A DNA stretch of 44,393 nt from Candidatus Poseidoniaceae archaeon (GTDB lineage: Archaea > Thermoplasmatota > Poseidoniia > Poseidoniales > Poseidoniaceae). The notes beneath the pieces are model-generated. The model did not search any database and was not told the DNA's origin. It saw nothing but the letters and a program-made list of their open reading frames with translations. The stretch lies in NCBI GenBank assembly GCA_965662895.1, contig CBFIJH010000003.1, forward strand, positions 133,793 through 178,185. The letters run 5' to 3'. Numbering within the stretch: position 1 is the first letter of the stretch; the number at the start of each line of letters is the position of its first letter. The translations under genes and the position numbers were made by a program. Shown here in pieces: positions 35,201-43,300 of the stretch.

Positions 35201-36746
35201 TGCGAAGCGAGCTCCTGATGGTTCGCTGCCAACATTTCGCGAAGCACCGCGAAAAACCATCGGCTTTGCTGGACTCTTCCTGCTTCTCTGGACTGGCCTG
35301 CCTTCCTCGCTCGACCCGGTACGCGCTGACCTCTCTCCCAACGAATTTTCCTTTATCGTGATCGGACTGGTTCAGGTTTTTGCCGGGGTTTTTGTTCTGG
35401 CAGCATTGGCTCCCCTGATGATTCGTGGGCTTCTACGTCTGGCATCGTTCCGAAGCGGCCCCGTTATTCCTGTTGCACTGTCCTACCCACTTCACAAGCC
35501 GATGCGAACAGCGGTTGTCATGGGGATGTTCTCGATTACGGTCTTCTCAGTTGTCGTGTTGAGTGGATACACGCTGCAGTTCGAAAATTATTCGAGCAGT
35601 TTCGTTGAAGAATCCGAAGGTGAATTCGAATTGATGCTTTCTGCTGCACGTTCACGCCCGTTAGACCTAGAAGGACCGATTGAAGATTGGAGTTTGGAGA
35701 ACACCGATATCTCGCAAATTGATGCAGTCGGCAGGGTATACCGAGCGCAAGCCTTCATCGAGAATTCTGATGCAGAACGTTCCCCGTACATCCTCCGTGG
35801 GGTTGATGCTGATTTCGCTGACCATGGCGGACTGCCACTGCATTTGTGGCATGACTCGTTAGGAAATTCCTCTGATGAAGCCTGGTCAACGATGCATGAA
35901 CGCGGCGATGTTGTCTTTGTGGATGCTTCGTTTGGATTGGAATCAGCGCTTGATGGTGCAAGCGTCGGCGTGTTTTCGGTCCTGGTGGGTGAGAACATGA
36001 CAATCATTGATGCACAACAACCGAGCCATCGGCGAGAGGTGATGATAGGAGGAATACTTGAGCAATCTTCGTATCTGTTTTCAGCAGGAGTATGGATGCC
36101 CTCCGAGGCAGTCGTCGAGCAGTATGAAGGTTCGTTGACGCGAGTGTATGTTTCCGTCTCCGAAGAGAGCCAAGCCTCCTCTTCGTTTGCCTCAAGCGAT
36201 GTACGCTATTTTGCTGCCGCTGGAAAATCCTCAGAGGAACGTGAGGCGGCAACAGAATTATCCGAAAATCTTCGTTCTGATTTGGAAAAAGACGGCGTTG
36301 ACGTCTCGTTAATTGCAGAGGATGTTGCGCTTATTCAAGCGCTTGTTTTGTCCATTCTTGCTTTGTTTGAAGGTTACCTTGCCATCGGATTGATGATCGG
36401 AATTGCAGGGATTGGTGTCGTAACCTACCGTTCCGTGTCAGAACGGAGGAAACACATTGGAATGTTGCGAGCGTTGGGATTCACCAAAAAAATGGTCACT
36501 CGCGTCCATCTTATCGAAATTGCTTGGGTCTCGATGCTCGGTATCCTGAACGGTGTTGCTGTTGCTTTGATGTTCCATGTTGGCCTTCATTCAGCAATCT
36601 GGGAAAAAGAGGGTGCAGTTTTGGTTCTACCCTGGTCGGCTGTTGCGTGGGTTTTGCTCGGCGGAGCGATCCTTGTGTACCTCGCGACGCTCTCGCCAGT
36701 ACGTGCTGCTACAAGGATCGAGCCATCCGAGGCTTTGCGATCGTAA
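32244..36746 (+). CDS. FtsX/MacB-family ABC permease, two repeats, with very large extracytoplasmic insertion (1500 aa)
   Basis: RQKEYATVRALGM and ERRKHIGMLRALGF motifs, PSEALR terminus; GTG start overlapping the ATPase stop (TAGTG). Confidence 0.9.
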   Translation: MLLFLLLLGLVLLLTAIATAYGLRKECSGGALALILIAPLGDGILTYVLLDWFGYVPVTSLVGGLMFGLLSLFGVQALVSSRRLLGSRLAWQQLNRRKRQAALLIAGLMVGSAIISSSLIVGDSLDQTVRKEVEAAWGDTDVLISGYDPSVGQVTEIPQSIVEDLRNENLENVERFQAGRVLSTAVVTSEGKANPSVPWFALEHNDDVRIGSMTEGLTWFELEEINRFSSTPQVVVNQMFADELEVKVGDEVQFQWSVRNQNGIERSIENFTIHQIVAMDGQGQLAGTTSPAVFTDLLSAQSWQKSEGNVTSIRVSLNAADERSAVEPIMDELVQALNQSIGVDESGLQFIAESDAVTIASTNGLGRLAPRLVQSLGENRSVLTPQAGMMEVLQVPLVGLESASSNLLTLADGDVDGLALESEVLWHWGPGGFGFETNETSWVWRVPNGDIINHVSVHDGFGFAAYTDGLVLGNSSDDGATDYILEDSNIVAVASTSLHWYAIEEGASPRLWFGNLENGSRESLPIGVDVPPTVLEWELAQDGDWLYLRIEGILSQTYYKRPILNLLEPFIEINAVDWPNQSSTSPDVCSDYGIVYNESNAWCIEEHGLVLRSISDASIQSIRLPILSDAGGFGTLPQMFFAFDGDASTLNVQQGETRIGQRLEPLSIINSGNITVSGLFQYAFGSDESVNLSINGSFVDDARLSSLSDLDPVILGLINMSDAESLASADEGERSMLIFSNVSNVEMSAIEQHLDSLVGIDELSLSVQAVKIDALEQAEASSGVLSAMFLVFGSFTIAAGVLLVVTIITMLIDVRQKEYATVRALGMTRSDLRYVAMVEGAIAATIGCGAGSLLGVGLAWLIGNGFSSVFATAGADVFSFHVDSSSLLAGWFWGFHIAMLTLYCSALWSSRIVIVHALKNVPQRVPKHVPWGVYLFIIGALGMILLSAGLFLLGSGSLAHSVWIVFGCSIVVFVCPILFWILPVLRAKRAPDGSLPTFREAPRKTIGFAGLFLLLWTGLPSSLDPVRADLSPNEFSFIVIGLVQVFAGVFVLAALAPLMIRGLLRLASFRSGPVIPVALSYPLHKPMRTAVVMGMFSITVFSVVVLSGYTLQFENYSSSFVEESEGEFELMLSAARSRPLDLEGPIEDWSLENTDISQIDAVGRVYRAQAFIENSDAERSPYILRGVDADFADHGGLPLHLWHDSLGNSSDEAWSTMHERGDVVFVDASFGLESALDGASVGVFSVLVGENMTIIDAQQPSHRREVMIGGILEQSSYLFSAGVWMPSEAVVEQYEGSLTRVYVSVSEESQASSSFASSDVRYFAAAGKSSEEREAATELSENLRSDLEKDGVDVSLIAEDVALIQALVLSILALFEGYLAIGLMIGIAGIGVVTYRSVSERRKHIGMLRALGFTKKMVTRVHLIEIAWVSMLGILNGVAVALMFHVGLHSAIWEKEGAVLVLPWSAVAWVLLGGAILVYLATLSPVRAATRIEPSEALRS

Positions 36747-36810
36747 ATTTGAGTAAAATCCAACGCAGTGTACTCTTTTCGTACAACATTAAATCCCATT
36801 ATTATTCGCA

Positions 36811-36865
36811 CCTATAGATTATATACGTCGTATGCTCTAGAACGGGTTACCGCCCATATTGGAGG
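36811..36865 (+). promoter_or_regulatory. Putative TATA box (TTATATA) and GGAGG RBS for the surface-protein gene
   Basis: CCTATAGATTATATACG at 36811-36827; GGAGG at 36861-36865. Confidence 0.55.
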
Positions 36866-36872
36866 ATATGAC

Positions 36873-39800
36873 ATGAAAAAAATAACCCCTGTAATGCTTG
36901 TTTTGTTGCTTGTAGCTAGTCTTATGGCAAACATCGACGTAACAAACTTAGAAACAACAGAAGAAATTGAAGAAACCGGTGCCCGAAACGGTGCTGACGC
37001 TGAGCTCATAGCGATTACATCGCCAAAGGAGACGCAGTGTAACCCAACCTGCCGTAATGAAGTGCTCGTTGGTCAAGACACCACCTTTGAAGTGTATCTT
37101 CAGAATTCTGGCGACCAAGCTCTTACTGAACTTGGTTACAGTGTAACTATTTATCTCGCTGATCAGCAAGGTGGCCCATCGGACATTGTTGCAAAGAACT
37201 CCCTTGGGGACGAATTGGTCTGGGAGAACACATTGGCAATTTGCGACTTTGGATGCGATGAAACGTCACTCGCAGCCGGAGACGTTTACAAGAACGGAAA
37301 AACTGTTCTTCAGTATCAAGGAAACGACATCGTTTGGACTCCAAGCGCAGGGGAATATGTTGTCTACATCGAAACCATTTCTGAGGAAGACGTCGACAGA
37401 GAGAACGATTTCCAGTTCACCTACGTCAAGGTCATTGACTACATCGACATCGAAGTCGACATCCAATGGACAGGCGTCGATGCTCAAGGAAACGACGTCA
37501 ATCCAGACTTTGCTACCGGTGGAGACGACAAAGATTTCACGGTCACTGTCACAATGAACGGGTCAACCGATTTCGCTACCAACAACTTGTCGATTGTCGT
37601 CAATGTTGGAGGAGACCTGGACAACGCTGTTGGTGAGGATGGAGCCGACTTGCGAACAGAATCTTCCGCTGGAGGACACACCGTTCAAATCGGCAGTCAA
37701 CAAAACGTCATCGTCAAGCAAAATGCAACCGATCCGACGGACAACGAAAGCGGTAACCGAATTGTCTTTGCAAACGACATCAACGGTGGTGAATGGACAT
37801 ACAACGGAACAGTCTCACCTGACACCTCCGGAAATGGAGAGGCAACCTATTATGTCGATGTGTCACTCGGTAGTTTCTTCTTGTACGATTTGTTCGAATC
37901 ATGTGTTGAAACAGTTACTGTCAACGGTACCGATGAGGAAGGGAACACCGTTGAGGAAGAACAATCCTTCCAGTATTTCTGTGAAGAAGAACAACAACGT
38001 GACGGAATCACCCGGAACAACATCGACGAAATCACCGGCTCAACAACAACCTTCCATGACATCCGTATATCCGGCTTGACGGTCTTCCAAGGATTTGAAG
38101 AAGATGGAGGCGGCCAACCAAGTTCAGTTGTTACATCCGATTCTCCGAACGACCTCGTCGTCGGGGCGTCGTGGGTACACGCTGTCGTTGAACATCGTGG
38201 CTCAGAGGAGGCAGAGTTGTACGACTGGAACGTAACTTTCGTTGTGACAAATCTTGACACCGGTGTTGCAGAAACCATCACAGACTCGAAAGAATGTACA
38301 GCAATCGAGCCAGTTTACACATACATGCCGCTCGGTTTCGATATGAATGCTCAGATGGAAGGAACCGCATGTGCGCTCTTTGACATAGGCGTCGGCAATT
38401 ATCAAATCGATGCAACCTTGAATATGGACAGCACGAAAAATACCGACCAAAAACTGAGCAACAACGTCGCTACGATTACCAAGAAATCCATCAACAATCT
38501 ACCGCTCATCTCGTCATTGGATCTCATCACACAAGGGGACCTCTACCTGGGAATGCAGGGTGTTGTTGAACTCGAAGCCTTCGTTTTTGATGCTGATGAC
38601 GTCAATGGAATCCATCTCAACTATTCGTGGACAGCAGGTGCTGACAATCAACCGCTTCCATGCGGAGGAATGGACGAATTCGCCCACACCTGTGCGTTCG
38701 AAATCATTCCTGACTACGTCACAAACTTCCCTGTTGTCCTAACCGTTACCGACGAATACGGCGGAACCACAAGCGATAAGATTGACCTAGAGATATGGAA
38801 CAGCATCTCTGCGGATTCAACATCGACGTCCGGAGTGATGCTCGAATACGACATCATTTATTGGTCGCCGAGTGATTTCACCGTGTCGATTGCCGATGTT
38901 GATGCATCAACTTGTGAAGGAATTGAACTCCAGAATGACGGTGTCAAACTAAGAGGCACTTACACTCCTGTTGCACTTATGGATTTCTCCGCATCGCAGT
39001 ATGACGCATCCTCTGTACTCCAACAGAGCATCAAGCTAACCTTCGACAACACGCTTGGCGTCCAATCGTTGTGGTACTCGTCGTCGTGTGACAACATGCA
39101 ACTCACCCAACTTCTGTCCGAAACCGTTGAGGTTGACGCTGAGGATTCAACCAAATCAACCATAACGGCTGTCTTGGATGGTGCTTCACTGCGATCCGGA
39201 CAACTCTTGCTCATTGCAGATGAGCTCGTTGAGGAGCAACCTCCTGTTGCGGTGATTAACGGTTTCAGCGCCTCTGCTGGAAAGGGAGGCGCCATTCTCA
39301 TGAACTGGGGTCTCACAAACACACCTCTCCAAGGAGACAAGATCTCAGTTAGCGTCACCCACGAGGACGGAACAATCTTCGAAGTTGATCTAGATACATC
39401 CATTGCCACGTACACATACAGTGGCAGCTCAACGACCCATGGCGAATCCTACGACATTGAGGTTGCAGTATGCAACACTGAAGGTCTATGCAGCTCACCA
39501 ATCGGCAGTGCAACAGTAGTTGCCGACAAAGAAGTCGAAGGCGCCACTGCCACTTCCGTGCAAGTCACGGAAGCTGATGATAAGTGGACCTTGACATGGA
39601 GCACAACATCGGATGAACTTGATGATGTCGCTTCTTGGAACGTGTGCTACAAGAACCGAGAAGCCTTTGACGCAGCGAACATGCCCACAACATGCGTCAA
39701 CACAGGAAGCGCTGATACGCTCACTGCTGATGTCATGATGAGCACCGCACCAGGTCAATACACGGTTTACTTCGCAGTCGTTCCAGTCGATGAACTTGGA

Positions 39801-40037
39801 AACACGGGAACTGCAGGTTCTTCAAGCGATGCTGGTGCAGATGCAGCCTTCTACAAAGCCAACGAGGGCGGAGAAATTACAGATGACAACACAGATGGTG
39901 ATGATACATCCAGCGGCGAACTCCCAGGATGGACTTGGGGAGCAATCGGTGGCGTTGTTGTCATAGCCTTCATCGCAGGCGCTTTCATCCTCTCACGAGG
40001 CGGCGGCGACGGCGAAGACAAAGATTGGGATTACTGA
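36873..40037 (+). CDS. Acidic cell-surface protein (~1054 aa): signal peptide, CARDB-like, PKD-like and two FN3-like domains, C-terminal TM anchor
   Basis: MKKITPVMLVLLLVASL; D.D.END and DQKLSNN motifs; YDIEVAVCNTEG and YFAVVPVDELGN FN3-like strands; LPGWTWGAIGGVVVIAFIAGAFIL anchor. Confidence 0.85.
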   Translation: MKKITPVMLVLLLVASLMANIDVTNLETTEEIEETGARNGADAELIAITSPKETQCNPTCRNEVLVGQDTTFEVYLQNSGDQALTELGYSVTIYLADQQGGPSDIVAKNSLGDELVWENTLAICDFGCDETSLAAGDVYKNGKTVLQYQGNDIVWTPSAGEYVVYIETISEEDVDRENDFQFTYVKVIDYIDIEVDIQWTGVDAQGNDVNPDFATGGDDKDFTVTVTMNGSTDFATNNLSIVVNVGGDLDNAVGEDGADLRTESSAGGHTVQIGSQQNVIVKQNATDPTDNESGNRIVFANDINGGEWTYNGTVSPDTSGNGEATYYVDVSLGSFFLYDLFESCVETVTVNGTDEEGNTVEEEQSFQYFCEEEQQRDGITRNNIDEITGSTTTFHDIRISGLTVFQGFEEDGGGQPSSVVTSDSPNDLVVGASWVHAVVEHRGSEEAELYDWNVTFVVTNLDTGVAETITDSKECTAIEPVYTYMPLGFDMNAQMEGTACALFDIGVGNYQIDATLNMDSTKNTDQKLSNNVATITKKSINNLPLISSLDLITQGDLYLGMQGVVELEAFVFDADDVNGIHLNYSWTAGADNQPLPCGGMDEFAHTCAFEIIPDYVTNFPVVLTVTDEYGGTTSDKIDLEIWNSISADSTSTSGVMLEYDIIYWSPSDFTVSIADVDASTCEGIELQNDGVKLRGTYTPVALMDFSASQYDASSVLQQSIKLTFDNTLGVQSLWYSSSCDNMQLTQLLSETVEVDAEDSTKSTITAVLDGASLRSGQLLLIADELVEEQPPVAVINGFSASAGKGGAILMNWGLTNTPLQGDKISVSVTHEDGTIFEVDLDTSIATYTYSGSSTTHGESYDIEVAVCNTEGLCSSPIGSATVVADKEVEGATATSVQVTEADDKWTLTWSTTSDELDDVASWNVCYKNREAFDAANMPTTCVNTGSADTLTADVMMSTAPGQYTVYFAVVPVDELGNTGTAGSSSDAGADAAFYKANEGGEITDDNTDGDDTSSGELPGWTWGAIGGVVVIAFIAGAFILSRGGGDGEDKDWDY

Positions 40038-40096
40038 TCTCTTTCCTGGAATTCTCCAGCAGTAGTAACCTGTCCATAACATTGGACAGATGCCGT

Positions 40097-40139
40097 CAGA
40101 GGGGGCGTTCAGGCGCCCTCTCTGGCCATTTTTTTTTTT
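40097..40139 (+). terminator. Intrinsic-type terminator: 11-bp GC-rich hairpin followed by T11
   Basis: CAGAGGGGGCG-TTCAGG-CGCCCTCTCTG then GCCA and 11 T. Confidence 0.8.
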
Positions 40140-40281
40140 GTCTCTTTTCAAAACCTGTACCTGTCCAGGGAGAGCAGGAATTTCTTCCATGCTTTTTACT
40201 CGATAAAATCGAAGGTTCTATTTACAAATGGTTTGTACCAATATGATAGAAAAATACGTTTCAGTATAACGATTTGAAGTG

Positions 40282-40305
40282 TGTTTGAAACAGCCATTTC
40301 AAACA
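40282..40305. promoter_or_regulatory. Perfect 9-bp inverted repeat upstream of a TATA-like box; putative transcription-factor site
   Basis: TGTTTGAAA-N6-TTTCAAACA; TATAAG at 40323-40328. Confidence 0.55.
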
Positions 40306-40373
40306 TTTTGCACCCCAACGCCTATAAGTGTCTTAGAACGTGGTGAAACTTGCATACAGTATGTATGAGGTGA

Positions 40374-43300
40374 ATGAAAATGTTGGGAAACAAGAATAAG
40401 AACAAAAAAACCGTGCTCGGCGGAATCGGAACTGCGATTTTCCTCTGTGCTTTGATGGCGTTTATGCCGATGTCAAGCCTAGTGGACAACCCAGTTACAG
40501 AAAACGTAACAGAGATAGAAACTGAACCAGAGTTCGGTGAATATTTCAAGCTGCCAGACACGCTCGAAAAAGCAAACACGCAATATGAAGAGTCGCAGGA
40601 ACTTCTCGGAATGAGAGATCCTACGACCAAAGGCTACCTCCTCGAGGATGGCCGTGTTGCACAATTGACCAGCCCAGACCCAATCCATTTCTTGGATGAA
40701 ACAGGGGTCTACCAGGAAATTGACTTGAACATCAAGGCAAGTCCGTTTGGGTGGGAAGTTTCTGAAAACACATTCAAGACAAATTTCGCCAGTGAGCTTC
40801 ACAACGGTGTGAGCATTCAGGCGGATGTCAACGTCGATCCAATCATCACCGGTATCAACCCAATGGTTGTATCACTGGACTCGACTGGAACCAACATCCT
40901 TCCAGTCGACCTTGAAGCATCGATGAACGATGTGGAAGTTGGGGGTAACGTGATTCGCTACCCTGTAGCAGATGGCTATGCTCTTGATTACGCCGTCCAC
41001 GCAACGCACATGAAGCAAAATCTGCTTATTGACGAGCGACCCGTTTTCGATAATGCGTTGGAATATTTTGGATTCACTGAAATGATGTTGCTTCCTGAAG
41101 GTTTCGGATTGTATCTCGATGGAGAACTTCTTGGCGATGAGCCAGTAAGTACCCAAAACGGACTTGAAATCCGTGAAACCGAAACAGGCAAAATTCTAGC
41201 ATTCATCCCATCGCCTACAGTTCTCGAAAAAGGCTCAAACGAACCGTACATCGGGACGTATTTCATTCAAGTCGACCAGGGCATGGTTCTTCTTACGACA
41301 GCAGTTGAAACGGACTGGTTAGCCTCGGAAGATCGTGTTTTCCCAATCATGATTGACCCGTCGGTTGTCCTTCTTTCAAGCTCGGCAGGAGAGTGTAACT
41401 TCTCAAGTTACTACGGTGGCTACTGTCGAACTTCTGCGTACAACTACGGTAACCGAGTTTACATGCAATACAGCACTTACAGAGGTGCTGTCCGCGTGTA
41501 CGATCTCCCATTTTACAAGTTCACCTTCTCCGCAAGCAACCAACTCCCAACGGGTGCTACGATCGATGAGGTCAACTTTGTCCAGACCGTTACCTTTGAC
41601 GGATACAGTTGGAGGCCAAATCCCAAGATTGACCGAAGTGTCGCAATTTTGGAAGCTTGTGGAACACCAACCAACAACCAACTAAAGCAATATACGGTGC
41701 CAACCGCCTCATGTTCTGGTTCCTTTGCTGCGAGCAGCATAGGCGTCAGTTCATTCAACAACTACTACAGTACCACCTTCGAGCGTCAATTGATTTCTTC
41801 AATTTGGAATTCAGATGAATCTGGAACCTACGGTCAAGGAACAGGAAAGAAAACCGCTGAATTGTGCGATAATTCCAATTCCGCAGGTACGCTGTGTACT
41901 GCAACAGGTAACCACAATTACATCATCAACGCAGTGAACAACACTGGTACCGTTGGAATTGGTCTCCGTATGAACGCGACAACCTCGATGTACGCTTATT
42001 CCACTGAATCCGGAAACAACAAAGCATACTTGGAAGTCATCTACTCTGGAGGCAGTGATACGAAAGCACCTACTGCCGACTTCGTACCTTACACCGGAAT
42101 AACAAGCTATGTCGAAGGAGAGCGCACGTTCTTCACCACAATTTTTGATCAAAGCGGTGTCGACACGACTGCAGGAAACATGCCGACCTTGGTCTACAGA
42201 ATCAACAATCAGACTTGGACGTCGGTGAATGCTGACACCATCAAGACGTGCTCATCCAGCGCTTCCGAATGTAAATTCAAGGCTACAACGCCTGACATTA
42301 CAGCAGGTGATTACGTTGAGTACTACTGGAAATTCCAAGACCTTGCCGCCACGGCAAACGTTGGATATCACCCTGTTCCTCCAACCACCAACACAGCTCC
42401 TGAATCGTGGGCTCGCACCAATGCTCACTGGTTCTTTGTTGACGACGTCGACAACGCTGGAACAGCGAAGAAATTCCAAATTTACCAATCAGACCTAGAG
42501 CAGGCCTACAGTTACAGTTCGACCGGTCGCTACGACAAGCAAATGACGTATTTTGACCACAGCGACGAGTACCTTGTTGAGTTCGACACAACCGGCTGCG
42601 GATCGACGCAAAGCACAGCTTGTTTCATCGGCACATCCGGTTCTCCTTACTCATGGGTCTCAATTGGATATTGGGAAGTTGAATGGACTACACGGCCATC
42701 AACTGGATACTACGGTACAGGAGGTACCCGCTCCGGTGAGTTGCAAATGGCTGAGGAAGACGGCGGTTATCTCGTCCTCTCTAACCAGCATGGACCTCAA
42801 ATGAATCTGATGTTCCTTTACGATGCAACCTTAAACGAATTTGCAATGGTAGGAATTGGCGATTCCACACCCGAAATTGAAACAGGCGCCCTCGTTGCTG
42901 GAACAGACGCTGTTCAGTACAGGTCAGGGTACTCCTACTACATCCCTCTTGCAAATGAGGACATCAACGGAACGTTCGCCAAATTTGATTGGGGATACGG
43001 CTCATACAGCTCAAGCAAAGCCAACCACATCTGTGTACTCACAAGCGGTTGGATTTATTGGTACGCAAAGTCTTATTCTCCACGGTGCTATACCACGTCT
43101 TCGAGTTCAGCATTTACCGGAATTGGAACGCCGATGGGCAGCTATCAGAGCCAAGACTCTAGCGGGGTCACACAATACAAGACCTCCAATGTGAAGCCAA
43201 CGCCTGATACATTTGCGCCTGAGATGACCCATGGAACACTCATGGATTCGCACAGCAAGACCCGAACGTTTACATACACAATTCTCGATAATGGTGATCC

